Both the position numbers and the translations under genes were made by a program. From contig NC_135256.1 of NCBI RefSeq assembly GCF_964204865.1, positions 9,610,001-9,674,000 on the forward strand: a stretch of DNA of 64,000 nt. The letters are read 5' to 3'. Source of the stretch: Styela clava (taxonomy: Eukaryota). Shown here piece after piece: positions 1 to 13,790 of this stretch. Position 1 is the stretch's first letter; each line of letters begins with the position of its first letter. Below the pieces are notes generated by a model. The model saw only the letters and a program-made list of their open reading frames with translations, did no database searches and was not told the origin of the DNA.

Positions 1-174
1 CGTTCACTAGAGAATATATTACAGCAAAAGGTCCGGCACAGAGATCGGGTACATCTTGACCTCGATTCGTTAATCTGCTGTAATTTTTTAATATTGCAAC
101 GATGTTATTTGTAGATATTGTTATGTATTTAAAGCACTGCAGCATTTTACATATATACATATTTATTTACATAT

Positions 175-480
175 TTATCAAGGAGGTGAGGAATTCTGAT
201 AAAGACTTAATCCCATGGGATGGCGGACCACGGCCTCTTGTCCATTCGCTAGTTCATGTCGTTTAATTAAGGATTAGTAGACAGTTATTTTTTGCTTTAT
301 TTCCAGATACATGAACATGAGGTTACGTGAACTACCATACAGCCGCGAAGAGTCCAACAATTCTTTCACACATAATCATCCCATACGAGATTCGAACCTG
401 CGAATACCACACAGGGTAATCACAGGTGCTGTAGGAAAGGTATTCCTAACGCTTAGCACGATGTGCTATAAAGCCGAGCC
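175..480 (-). mobile_element. tRNA-derived SINE-like element
   Basis: A-box-like head near 470 and B-box GGTTCGAATC (388-400) on the - strand. Head is related to those at ~30.0 and ~43.2 kb. Boundaries approximate. Confidence 0.6.
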
Positions 481-3197
481 TCCTATGCTAATAAATTCCT
501 TTTTGCTTCAATCCTACCAAGTGCTGGTTCGAGTATTAATATAATAGCATATTCCGCTTGTTATCTTGCTTTAAAAGTACAACAGCCCTAAAGTTTAATA
601 CAATCGCGTATTTTTTGTGCCAAAGACTCGTTTTACCTAGTTTTTTTGTGTTTTTTTTGCTTAACATTTTGTGTGTGTGTGTTGGTGAGCGGGCATATGA
701 TACCTCTCATGTTTTATACTTTTCCAATGTTTCTGCTCGCTCTTCATTTTTTTTGTATATATATTATCGAGTATCGATCTATCTAATTAGAGTAATACTG
801 AATGTGACTGGTTTTGTTTGCTCTCCTAATCTATGATCATATTTTATTTATTTACTTCTATCAATCATCTTTCATTAATAGATGTTGTTTTGGTCCATGC
901 ATTTGAGCATTGCAAATATTTATGGGTTGTAGGTAGCCATAAACATCTCAGTGGAAGCTTCTGTCTTTGCATTCTAATAAGTTTTCATCTATACACAACC
1001 TTAACCGTGAGCCACTCTTTATAGTGGTTCACCCTTTCTCGTTTGCGGACTGGTAAAATTTCAAAACAACTAATTTTGCGGACTGGTGAACCTTCAAAAT
1101 CAACTCAAAATGTCAAATACATAGAACATAATCAAACAAATGTAATTACGACAATTAAAATCAGACAATTCAATTTAATGAATATTTGGTTGCTGTCTTT
1201 CTTATATATATCATACTTGTTAAACGCCTTTCTAAAGAAGTTCTACAAAGCGAAGTGCAGCGTTGAATTTTACACGATCTTTGTATTTGGTAATGATGAG
1301 AGATAACATGGAAAGATTTTCTCACATAAATACAGGACTTTGTCACAGGATTTTCCTCTTTAAGAGAGATAGAAAAGTGTTACAACGGCGAAATATCAGT
1401 TTCTCCTTATGTCATGTTAAACCCACTAACTTTTTGCAGGTTCCTTTCGAAATAACTGAACTGACAGTCACAGGGTCCACCGGATGATGCCTTTTAGAGG
1501 CCATGAGCAATTATGATTTTGGTGTCCAATATAAAGAATGAAACTGATTGAAGTCATGTCTGCAAGATATTTTTTTGGAAAACAGTTTGTGAAAGTGTTG
1601 CCCCAGTCAGTCTCGATGACTCTTCTATTACATCAATTCTTACTATTTTTCTCGGGGACTCGCTGATATCTAGTTTCACTCAATGTGATATTTTTATCAA
1701 TGGCGCCGAAATTACTCTTTTATTCCTTGCTATTTCTTGCTCGTCGGCATGCCTTCACTTTCTCGCCCACCTGTCTTGCCTGCTGGCCCTTCCCTACAAC
1801 TCATTTCACCCTGTGGTGGGGTTCGGACCCACTCCCTCTCCCCCTCATACTTGGTCTGATGTTTGTCCGTGTATGATTCCCTTGCGCCACTGCTACTGAT
1901 GGAGATTGGGTGGATCAGATTATTACTTACCAAAGTCACGCTTGGCAGCCCGCGACGAGGCTAATCAACCCGAAAAGTTACGCTAACATACGGATGCGTA
2001 GATAAAGAAGGTATTGATGACTCAATGTCATCTTGAACTATCGCGTGCGCTGCTTTAACTATTGAATGTGTGGATATCTAGTTTTCAATCGTTTTTCATT
2101 TTAGTTCACTTTTTCAAGAAAAGCGTATTTATGAAATCTTCGGCGAATGTTTGAATCATGTGAATATTTGTACAAATACTATCATATTCCGTTTTTTATC
2201 GTGGTTCATGTTAGTTTACCTTTTACAAGAAATATTAATATTATGCAATCATCGGCGACAAGACGCATAAGATAATTTAAAGGCATGAATCTGGAAACCA
2301 AATTTCTAACCGTCAGCGGAGGAATACTAAGACTTGAAAACGGTCATCTTTTTGATCATTTCTATCTCTTGGGTTAACTGACCGTCTTATATCTGGTTTA
2401 CTGTTTCTGAATTCTCACAAACATCTCACAAAAAAATGTTCAAATTCAGGACCAGATCATACCTTTCGTGGCTCCAACCACTTATAATTTGGTTCTTTGT
2501 ATATAAATATTAATAATTATAAAACTTGTGTTTTATGTTATCTGAAATTAAATATTTGAGTTTCCGTGTTCATTACTAATTGAGGGCCAAGTTACGAGTA
2601 ATTGTCATGATTTTTTTTTTATATATTGGAACAGTTTCCATACTCACAAACATTGATACAGAGATTTAAGATGATACTTGACCGATTTTATTTTAACCGA
2701 GCCATTATCGAGGTCTGTGTTGTCTGACCAACTCGAATTATTTCATTAAATACATAGGTACCATTGAAATATGGTCTATGGAAATTTCTTTGGTACCTCT
2801 TTGCCTTGATGCCCTAAGCACGTGCTTATATTGCTCAATGGTTAATCGAGCACTGCCACGAACAGATCGATTCGAACAAAAAAAAATATACCGTTCGTTA
2901 GCAATATTTATTATGCGATTACTAACTATAGCAATAAATAAGAGAAAGCACAAATTTTAAATAAGCAGTTCGAATCGAAATTTGAATATCAATCGTATGC
3001 ATAAACTCATTTTAATTCTCAGGGAACATTTTGAGCATAGGCATGTATTCGTTTTCGCTAAAGTACCAAGACATTATATTCCAAGTCAATTGAAAGTATA
3101 TATAACATTTGATTGTGGAGTGGTTGAATGAAAGAAGCATTTTCAGTGGTAAGGAGTCCACGGGCCGACTGGAATAACATATTCGCAAGCTTGTTCG

Positions 3198-6100
3198 TTA
3201 ATATTTGCAAGCTTGTTCATTACAACTTCTTACTTCTTCAGATTCTCCAAGACAAAATGCACCAGCTGGTCTGCAAACTCTTCTTCTTGTTTGAATTCCT
3301 CCTGGATAGCAAGTGCTGGGGCATGGACTGTATTGACCCCACTGACTCCATGAAGCGCAAGGTTGGTCTTTGCATCTGCTTACTTCAACCAAAGGTTTTG
3401 TACATTTGCTTTTATCCTCACTAATGCATTTCCTGTAGCGACGCTTTTGCCCAACACCACATGTTGCTGAACAGGACGAAAACAGGCTCCATTCGGTATA
3501 ATAATGAGATGGACCAGAATGCATTTTTAAGATGTCAGATTTAGGGAGATAACACAAATTAATCTCGCAACATCCGTCGAATCTTCCCTTGAGTGGAGCA
3601 AATCTTGGGACGTGGAATGGTTTGTACGGACAGTAGCTGTTGGAAGGTAACTGAGGAACAGTTGGAGGACTGCATGGTCTTGCTCCGTATGGCCTGAAAA
3701 TGTGACCGCATGCTTCACTTTTACCTGGAATCATATGCATAGACGACAAAGAAGAGAATGATTCTGATGGTGTAGCAAATGGATTTGAATTTTTTGGAGG
3801 GGTAAATGGGGATGGACCTGTTGGAACAGAAAATGAATTACCAGATGGTAATTCGAATGGATTGTTTTCCTTCGGAGGAGTCGAGGGTTTTGAATTCTCC
3901 TTATCATCTGTGTTTTCATAATTGGTAATTTTGTCATCAATATTGTAAGCACCAATCTCTCCTTTCTCCACTCCGGCCCAGTAATCCCAGTGCTTATCAA
4001 CAGTCATACCTTCACCGACAGCGAAAAGATTTTTATAATAATTAGTTGTGACCGAAGAATCAACAGTGCATCCAGCACTGAGACATTGATGATAACTCAG
4101 AAGTATGCGAACGGGAGAACTTGTATCAAATATCTGGCATCTAGGTCTTCCGTAAATGATCTCATGCTTGTTGAATCCAACATGACGTTGACCTGATTTG
4201 ACCCTGACATTTGAAATGTCAACTGAATAAAAACAACCGTACCCGTATCTAAAACATCCATCAATCAAAGAACATTCTCTGGGATTAATATCTGAAAATA
4301 CAAAAGAGTATATTATATAAATATTCTGAAAATATCGTGTATAAGAATATGAAAAATAGAAACTTGGCTTACCTTTCCATCCGGCCAATTTTGGACTAAC
4401 GTGAAAAACGTCAAGAATTGGAAGAAGTTCACAACCTTTTGGTGTTTTCATCTCCAATTGGAACTCTTGCAGAATGCAGTTTGTGAAGTAAGGATTCCAT
4501 ATTCCGTGCTATGAATAGTAAATAATAATATATCATATACCATGTAAAAAATGACAATAAAATGATTGTAATTGCGACCTATAAAATATAACATATTTGT
4601 ACCTCCTTCACGACTAATTGAGCTTTTTGTTGGAAAACTGCATTTCTTATTGCCATATGACAAACTGGAACTCCTGGTAGAACGCTTGGTCCAAAAGCTT
4701 CTCGGAAATCAAACAATTCTTTGTCAAAATAACAACCAGGTTGTGAACCACAGAGATGGTGATCGGTGTCTAATTCTGCATTGTCGACTGAACATGGGAT
4801 TCTGGTGAATGTAAAAGTAAAATAATATAGTTTATACTTGTACAAGGTAATATGACTGTTCAACTTTCGAAAGCTTTAAATGTGTAAAATATCAGACAAA
4901 TTATAGTTTCCGCATTTTCTTATTATCGTTACGATAGAGTCTTTTACGAAAAGTAAGGGATACAGTTTCAAACAAGGTATGATAACAAAGACCGATAATC
5001 TTGGGTAATAGTATTCTACCGATTTAACTTTTCTCACCTGACACAATAGGGAACATCAACTGGTGGATCAAGAACGTAAGGTTCATTCCTTTGTGGATTA
5101 CAACTTGCTGGAAATGGAGTCGGTTGAGGACATCCAGGAAATCCTGTTGTAAAAAAATAGAATAATGAATTAAAAAAGTAAAAATGTATTTATTTTAAAA
5201 TCTATTATGCAGAATAAAATAATCCGAAGCAGTTTGATAAGATATTTGCTTATTTTCTATTGTGCCAGCCTCATACATAAAGAAAATATTTTTCTAATTC
5301 TTCATTAATTTTTCAAAAATGTGACAAAACATTTTTATTTCTACCTGGTGGTCGTAAGTGAAGAAATCTTGCGCTGTCTTTCTTCATTTTCATAGCTTTT
5401 TTAAACAGATCATCAGTATCGTCGACATTACCAGCCTTTGAAGCTGCTGCCGTAACTGAAAATTAGAATATATACCATAAGACGACTTTATATGATGTAA
5501 ATTTATAGAGTATGCATTATCATTTTCATGCTGGAAGAGCAATGTCTGTTTAATTAATTTCATATTTCTCGTTTTTTTAGTTTTTTTTAAGTTTTACAAG
5601 TTTATATGAGATCAATCGAAAAACTTGGGAAAACCAACCGTCTATATTCACACCTGGATAAGGTTAGTTGATATAAACTAGTTGTGAAAAAAACTAGCTA
5701 TCAACATCTTGAAAGATTTGCATCAGAATGAGCTAGATTGGATCGTTGATGATACTTTGGTTATAAATAAAATTAACTAATGAAAAATTGCCAAGATAAA
5801 CGGAATTTTGATTCTATTATTTGAATCCAGATATCTGTAAAATTATTATGGAATAATTGCATTGATATACTTACGTTTTTCTGTATCAGGTTGAGCGTAA
5901 CAAACTGCTGTTTCTCCTTCACCGATTTTACAACAATCTTTATGTTTGTGACAATCATCAGCATCGACTGTTTCTGAAACACCGTCCTTTACAACAGTGC
6001 ATAATAATCCTCCTTCGCTTCCGAGTCCTGTAAATTATATAAAATCAGTTCAAGTTTTGAAACTACATCAAAATATGGGCGCATATGGAAATAATGTGCG

Positions 6101-6523
6101 ACCAAACAACCAGGGTTAGTAAATGGAATAGCAAAGACGGAACAATCTTCCATGAATATTTTTTTTATCGCCGAGTGACAATTCAACTTAGTAAAAATGG
6201 ACTAACACTAGGAGCGTATGATATTCAGTTGTTTGCTGTTCTAGTCGAATTATCGTAAATGTTTCGCATTACATTGTATAGTCTGTTTTAAACACTTGTT
6301 CATTATCAACACGATGCTCCACCGCAAAGCAATAGAAGGCATTACAATTCCGTTTTTCTTCACATTTGACCACTGCCTACAGAATCGACTTATCAAAGGA
6401 AGATTATGATAAGGAATAAAAGTTTAAAAAAAAATTCATACCCATCAGTGGAGTACATTGCTTCTCAGCGGCAACAGCAATCACCACGCATAGAACTGCA
6501 ACAAAAAATGTTCCAACTTTCAT
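3198..6523 (-). CDS. Secreted Cys-rich protein (~626 aa) with several divergent trefoil (P-type)-like modules, a Pro/Ser-rich linker and two C-terminal thrombospondin type-1 repeats; 7 exons
   Basis: Exons 6442-6523, 5875-6027, 5345-5455, 5038-5143, 4603-4801, 4373-4508, 3198-4291 are all GT-AG and phase-compatible (1881 nt). Signal-peptide-like N-terminus MKVGTFFVAVLCVVIAVAA. Trefoil-like Cys spacing (C-x13-C-x15-C-x5-CC-x9-CY; ..LCGSQPGCYFD..; ..GWKDINPRECSLIDGC..GCFY). TSP1 motifs WSLFSSCSATCGVGQKRRYRKC and WSQWGQYSPCPSTCYPGGIQTRRRVC. The trefoil call is by pattern only. Confidence 0.85.
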
Positions 6524-6630
6524 CTTCTGATATATGTTTCGTCTCAGTTTTATTTGACGATTCCAAATAGATCTAAATTTTAAATTTCAAATTTGTTTCA
6601 ATTTGAATCTGATTCTCTGAAGAATCGACT

Positions 6631-6641
6631 CAGTATTTATA
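6631..6641 (-). promoter_or_regulatory. Putative TATA box of the left secreted-protein gene
   Basis: GTATAAATAC on the - strand ~110 nt upstream of the ATG, inside a promoter block conserved with the right copy. Confidence 0.5.
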
Positions 6642-9600
6642 CCTGAAATGTGCCGCCCAGGGGCAAATTTCGTATGTTCATATCAGTATTTTTCACTTTC
6701 ATTGAGCTTGAATCATCGATGCTGGGCATTTGTTAAAATGTAGGATTAATGTGTCAGAATTTCGATTTCACACAAATAAAATACGCGCTAATTAAATATC
6801 ATCCATATGCTAATTATAATGAATCTTACGAGTTTGTATCAGTGGATATTTTCGTAAACTTTACCTAATTTTCGTTATTAATTATCTTCACACAATTTTT
6901 CGTTATTTTTGTTATATTTAAAGTAGCAATACGAAATACTTTATGTGTGTCTCGTGTTTCGTTATATGGTGAATAATTCAAATTCCGTCGTTACTTCTAA
7001 TTTTCATGTTAAATTTAGCAAAGTTTCAGCACTGATTCATTACATATTCACTTCATACGATTAGTAACTTTTTGGTTGAATTTTCCAGTCTCGCCCTGTA
7101 CTACGTGAGCCAAGATATATTATGTCATTTACATTCGAAATGATCTCACAAAACATGTATAATATATTTCTGTTGATCAAATATCATTTCAGAAATAAGG
7201 TGAAATTGCGACTTCTATTTTAGTGAACTTACTAGTATAGACTTTAGCGTTAGATTTTCCTAACCAGTCCGGCTGTTAACAATGTATTATGTGTTCCGAA
7301 GCTTCTTGCAAAAAAAGGGGATGATTTAATCTTTTACTATTCGAAATCTGTGGGTTTGTGGATCTAAGTTTTTAAAAAATTCTTCAAGTAGTATAATTTA
7401 GATATTTCACATCGGCCATGACAATGACCACTTGATTGAAAATAGGATCTCGGTTTATGAAATACCGTGTACTTATCAGTCTGTCAAATCCTACCTTATT
7501 TTTCCTATCCTAGGCGGTAAACTTTTTATGAGTATATTTCCGCAAATCACTCCAAATGTGAGTCTAGAAAAGCAAGCACTCATTTGAAAAGTACCAAAAA
7601 GTCGGCTATTCCTACACAATTATTGACAAATTGAGATTGTAGGCTTGACGATTTTATCTTAGATCTTTAATCTACGGCACCAAAATGGTCCAACGCTCTA
7701 ACAATCAGGCTATTACGTCATAGACTTGAAATGAATAGGTTCCGAAATTAGGTCCTATCAATAAAAGTATTCGAAATATTACGGGAATTTTACAATAACT
7801 CTATTTAGTGTCTATTTAGTTTTGAATTATTGCGTCTGGGCATGAATGCTCGGTCTTTTACTTCTAAACTGACCGAAATTGTCTCATACCATGTATCGAT
7901 AAAAAAAAATATTCCATAAAAATACCCGGTTTCGATCGAAAGATGACCAGGTTTCAGTCTTCGATCAAAAGATTAGTTAATTTCATTTTGATCAACGGGT
8001 AAGCCGTAAACTGATAAAATGCAGAGTAAACACATATTGGAGACGTCATAGAATTTCTTGTTTCAATGCGTAATAATTGCGCTACCTGCATTAATGTTGG
8101 TGATGTAATAATTGAAATTCACCTGACCACTCGCGAATGTTTTCACATGACGAACTTTCAAGCATGCTTGTTAATATTGACTCGTCACCGCAATTTTAGG
8201 TTTTAAGAAACATATTTTAATTAAGTTTCCAAATTTTCTTTTCAATCAAATAACTTAGTTATCAGTTACCAAGTCTTCGAAAGAATTTTATTTCAGTTGA
8301 GGTGATCAAAAAATAGCCACGAAAGAGAAAAGATACAATAATCAAATTAGCTGTTTGGGTGGAAATACCGCAATTAACCTAATATTCAATATATGATTTC
8401 TTTCTTGATTATCAGTTATGATGTAATACCAAATTGAAAAAGAAAAGGCAATTTCATACAGCTATCTCAAAATCGCGGAATACAAAATGACGTAAATTCT
8501 AATGGGATTACCGATATCATGTTTTGTGACACTAATTCAAAAAAGCGAAAATTGTCTAATATTTCGATACCAGTATTATTTATGGATTTTTAGGAAAATT
8601 TTTATGAACTCGTCGTTGTTGGAATTTGTTATTTTCTGGTGATAATGATGATTTAAACGCACTGAACACCTTTGTATTTTAATTGAAAATTCACATACAC
8701 TTTCGCTAGTACTCCAACCCATTTTAAAAAATGTTCTACTTTTGATTCCCTTGTCTTCATAGTAATTCAAATATTGATTTAAAAGTAGCTGATATTGACA
8801 ATTTTAATATGAAACGTAAATTAATTGCTTCTACATCCTATTCCATGTCTTTTTTTAATTAATCAATTTTTTTTTTATTCATTTACACATTTATTGTCGT
8901 AACAGGGCTTTGACGGGAAAAACACAATACAGATTAGAATCAACTAAATTTGAAAAGATAGAATATTTCCATGTGAGCATGTCTCGACATAATACTGATG
9001 TCCTATTGAAATGCATTGCATAGTACATGTGCATGCTGTGCTTAAAATGGAGAATCTTTTTCATGCAATGATTTTAGCCCGTAAACATTGTGTCACATTG
9101 CTCTGAAAGAAATTCCCCTATGCTTTAGTCTTATTCTCAATAATTTACATAAATAGCAAAGATTCATTTTCTGGAATCTTGAATGTCCCAAAATATCCCA
9201 ATCAATTATATCTGTTATCACTAGATAGATTAAAACACTGCTTTACAAAAAATATGAAACTTATGAATAAGATTGTAAAATTTTTTTGTTTCATATGCCC
9301 ATGTTAGAGCCAGTATATTTGGAAAGCAAAGCCGGGCCAGAACCTATCTATACTGTTCTGTATTTCTATTGTATCCTACTATTTGTTTCCGAAACAAATA
9401 TGATCATCATTTAATTCTAAAAATAGACATCTAGACAAACCTAATGAGTTGTTGTCTCTCAATAAGTCACAATGACGTAATTTTAAGCGCGTCATTTTGC
9501 GTAGAAACGTAGGTTTGCCCAAGGCCAATTTTAAGGACACTTACTCATACAAATTATGTCATTGATTACCGTTCACTCAATTATAAAATATTTCATACGA

Positions 9601-10739
9601 ATTAGATTCTTAAATTAGATGGAAACACATGCAGAATATCCCATTACGCCAAGGATGAGAAGGCATTATTTTCTGTCATTAAAAAGAAGAAAGTGGGTTT
9701 TGGATTCAATTAATGTCTGGGTCAATATAAAACTTGTGGTTGCATGTTGGAAACGGAGTGTATTGACCGTTTTGTTGTTGTTGGCGATGGTATTCTTGTT
9801 TTATTATTGTTGTTGTGAAATAATCGCTTTTCTCTTTAAATCATCGAACCAATTGCTTTAAAACTTTCAGGTACTTCTATTTATATCCTGAATTTTTGTG
9901 GGCTCCATGAAATTTATTTTCGTGCGATGATGTCATAAAAACTTTTGCGCACCTTGCGACAGTTTCGCGTTTGCGTTGGTTGCTTTCGGGGTGATCGGAA
10001 GAAGTGGTGAAAACTGCAGTGTCGGGAGTCTAATGAGAAAGATTGCATACTCATACAACTTCGTTTAGAGCTTAGAAGAGCCGACTTTTTCAGCGTATAC
10101 CGACTTTTCTGTCACGTAAAATATTCAATTCTTTCCAGCTACGAGAATCTAAAATTTCCTTCTATATTAATATGATTGTGTCCAACGTAACTCGCAGTTG
10201 CGTCTTCTTTGGACAAAATAAAAACATTAATTACTTTTTTAAAATACCACGTCAATCTGTTGACATAAAACATGAGATAAATGTTGACATGAAACTGTAG
10301 TTTTGATACTTATTTTTGCGCTCTTGCGAATTCGTTATCACCGTTACAAAAATCTCAAGATATGTAATAAAATACCGCAGAGTACAAATGTAAATAAAAT
10401 GAATATGTATTCATGGCCTCGAAATCCCCGCAAAACGACGGATAATAATGATTGTTCTATAGTGCAAAGTCATCAATTCATGACCGATACGGGTATATTT
10501 AAAATACCTTGCTTTATTAATTTAATTGTCTTCAATTTTAACCTGTGGTTGCGTCGACAAATAGAGGAATCAATACTCTAAATTTCTAAAAAACCACGGC
10601 AATCCGCCGACTTAAAAATTGGTGGTAAACTGCCGAATATCTAGATTTGGTGAGTATTTTCGCCATTTTGCGAATTCGATAGTTCTGAGCGTACTTGCAA
10701 CACTGAGCTCCGCTCTATCGCAAAGCTGCAACTCAAAAT

Positions 10740-10868
10740 ATTGGGCACGTAGTGGTCATATGGATCGTTTTGGTATTTTTGTTGTTGTTATTTTACATAG
10801 TTATGAAAAAGTCGCCTTTCTCTTTGATTACTAGACCAATTGCATTGAAATTTTCAGTGGTTAAAGAT
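10740..10868 (+). mobile_element. Older, truncated copy of the HINE-like family
   Basis: TTGGGCACGTAGTGGTCATATGGATCGTTT..GACCAATTGCATTGAAATTTTCAGTGGTTAAAGAT matches 58570-58730. Other remnants at ~9760-9870, ~20715-20743 and ~35978-36007. Confidence 0.6.
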
Positions 10869-10869
10869 G

Positions 10870-12290
10870 GAAGTACTATCACGCTCACTCAATTCAAGTG
10901 AAGACAACTCACTTCATGAGATTAAAAGAATATTACACGCCGTAACAAGGTGTACGAAGAACAATCGAGAAACTTAGTAGTTCAATAATATTCGGGTGAC
11001 GGTACGGTTGAAATCAGTATATGAAAAACTGCTCCGTAGCAGGAAGTCTTAAAGGAAAATCTTCGTTAAAACGAAACATATCGAGTTGTTATAATATACT
11101 TTTTTTCAGTTTTGCCCTGTGCCTCAAGACTGAGGTAATAACAAATAACTTGAACCATAAGTGGAAAGAATTCGAATATCTGTTGGCACTTTATGTGGCA
11201 AAAATCTCGACTGAAAAATCCAAATAGAAGGGATCGTTATACAAGGCAAGCATTGTAAAGCAAGGGATATCAAAGTGTTTATATGTGCAAGTATGGTCTA
11301 CTATACAGATTACGTGAGTTTTGCTCCAAAAGGCAATTATTTAAGTTGATAAGTTAAAACGTCTCATAGCTAAAGGACGGTTGTTTTATTTTTTGATATT
11401 TTTCAATCTCAGATTTACTATTTTTCTGCCTGCGATTAGTCAAAATGCTTTTTTATTTCACACTGACTAAACACTTGGAAAAAATAATTATGGGTTCTCA
11501 TTTTATAATGATTTAACGGAACAAACTGTTCTGCCATCGCCGCGATAGTTACACTAAAGTTTTATGAGTAAACTAAAGAAATTGTTAAATCATCGTTTGT
11601 AAAATTATTTGAATGAATTATGTAATATGTATTTACGCCCCGACCTTTTTTCATGTTTTAGCCACAGTCTTATCGGAGTATTCAGAACGCGTTTGGAAGA
11701 ACTCAGAGTCGATCATAGTACATACGGGGTGATATATTTTTAAATAGTTTATTCTTTCGATTTTCAATAAAAAGCAAAAATAATGAAAATATATTTATTC
11801 AAATTTAGCTTTGAATAAATACAAATGAAGTTATTCTACGAAATTGTCAAAGTCTCGATTGAAAACTCAGTCTAGAACAGTGGTTCTCAACCATTTTTTC
11901 TCGCGCGCTCCACCTTCGCTGCACAAACATGCCGTGAGGCAAAAACTTTCTTATGCGAGCGAAAACCTGTAAAAAAAATTAAAAAATTTTTTTTCAAAAT
12001 AGACAGCTCCACTTTATAATTAAAATGAGAATGGCCACTCAGTGACAAAAATAACATCATCATTCATTACTACCATACAATCAAATTGACCTAATAAATG
12101 TATTATCTCGAAACTTTTTTAATAGGTTTATAACCCTCCTGAAAATGCTTTCGGTTTTAAATATAGCCGTTCAAGATCAGTAAATATGTGGATAATATTT
12201 TTTTTCAACAGCTCTTTTCTGAGAAAGGAAAGAAAGGAATTTCTGATACTCTTAAATTGGAATGCAAAACATTCGACAAACTAAGCAATG
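10870..12290 (+). pseudogene. Copine pseudogene fragment E (part of intron 7 plus exons 8-10)
   Basis: Remnants at ~11110-11244, 11662-11728 and 12212-12285. Exon 8 has a 1-nt deletion (GAATTCGAA-TATCT), AGA>TGA, a 3' deletion and a GT>GC donor. Flanking introns match copies B and C. Confidence 0.85.
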
Positions 12291-12625
12291 CAAATGAATA
12301 AATTTTGGAAAGTTCGAGCAATGGCAATTGGTGCTTGATCTTACATGAAAATATATCAAGATATTTGAGTATCGCTCTCTTGTGTATGGATCGAATAACT
12401 CAAATGGTACCAATGGTAAAGTATAGGAAGGATTTTTCGCGGGTCAAGGGTCGGGAAACATCCATTACCCTAGAATTATGCAACAACAGATTGTACAAGT
12501 AAAATTTTACAAGATTGTACATGCAAATGAAAGAAAATCGGTTATCAATTAAATAAACGTGACAGAAAAGTTGCCACTTTTTCCTGATTAATCATGTTAT
12601 GCATTCATAAATCAGCACTTCCCTT

Positions 12626-12775
12626 CTAAAACACATGAGTTTCTACGTGTTTGCCTATTGAGCTAGACCTCGATTCTTCAGAGGTTTGACCTGCAATCGA
12701 TAAATCTTTTTCATCGGGAGTTGATGTTGCTAGAACTGACAGACATTTGAGGACAAACTGTGACCAAATAGGAGA
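12626..12775 (-). mobile_element. hAT (Ac/ZBED1-like) transposase C-terminal relic
   Basis: Translation SQFVLKCLSVLATSTPDEKDLSIAGQTSEESRSSSIGKHVETHVF follows the hAT dimerisation consensus (L..PATS..SER.FS.AG......RS.L....VE.L.F). Confidence 0.65.
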
Positions 12776-12799
12776 ACTCATGTACCTCTGATTTCTCTG

Positions 12800-13790
12800 A
12801 TTAGGTTCGTAGTTTCGAATCCTTTGGGGATAATTATGTGTGAGTACATTGCCGGGTTCCTTGCCCGTTTCACCTCCGGGAGTCCACAACACGAGGCACG
12901 CGTGCCAAATTTGTCACGCCATACGCTCAAACGTGGCACGCGAATGGTTTTTTAAAAAAAAAAAATTTATGACTTACATTAAAATATTATGCTTCTATCA
13001 AAATCAGCAGTTTTTCAGGACATTAAATTGTTTCAATAAATTGAATGAATAGATATTCGTTATTAGGTATTATTATTGAAATTTGTTTGATGTGTGTTCT
13101 ACGGGAGTTTATTTACAAAGGTTGTTTCCCTGAGCATCGACTTCCTTGTTTACTTCGTGACAGATTTTAAGGCGTGGTCGTTTTCATTACATCGTTTTCG
13201 CGTTTTTGAATTCTATTCTTTAGTTTTCAGTTGTGTTACGGATATGAAAATATATATAAAATATTTCAATGATCACTTTGTCTTCTTAGAAGTTTCAGTT
13301 CAATTGCAGTAATCGAAAATTAGTGTAGATATATATACCGGTAGCTGTGATAGGCTAAAATTCAGATTGTTGAATGCTATGAATCCGAATGATGGCTTGG
13401 AACAAATATCCCATTTTACAAGCGCCTCGCGTAACCACTCTTAAAATAAGCACCGAAAATTTTGCAATGGTATATTATAGGAATAATTTTACGGGGGTCA
13501 GAGGTCGGGGAGAAGTCTATACCAACGATTGTGCGTGGCACGCGACAAGATTATTTTGAAAAATTTGGCCCGTGTCCTCATTCGAGTGCACCCCTGATGT
13601 CCTAACCGCTGGTCGGTTGCAGCTTCCACCACCATCAAGTATATGCATCTAAAACAAATAACTATCTAACTAATACCATACCCTTCTTGGATTGGTGACC
13701 GGGAGAAAAGCCGGGTACGCCATATAATTAAGCCGTCCAATCGGGTTTCGCGTCAGGGATGAATATATAAAAAATATCCTAAGTCGATCA
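12800..13790 (+). mobile_element. SINE copy upstream of copine A, interrupted by a hAT-type MITE (~12876-13596)
   Basis: 12800-12875 and 13597-13790 are reverse-complement homologs of 29700-29950. The insert has GGCACGCG motifs near both ends and ends in ...GTGCACCCCTG. Confidence 0.65.

Noticed and set aside
1685-2000. GC-richer patch with two short opposing ORFs
   Set aside because: No recognisable domain or splice context. It is probably a repeat fragment that I cannot classify from this window.
3770-3870. NPF (EH-domain-binding) motifs in the linker
   Set aside because: The protein has a signal peptide and no transmembrane segment, so the motifs would be extracellular.
3198-4457. 419-aa ORF as a stand-alone gene
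   Set aside because: It reads through an 81-nt GT-AG intron (4292-4372) and lacks the signal peptide. It corresponds to exons 6-7 of the spliced gene.
5130-5360. Bradykinin-like peptide RPPGF across the exon 3/4 junction
   Set aside because: Only five residues match, the sequence continues PGC rather than SPFR, and the paralog reads RPPAF.
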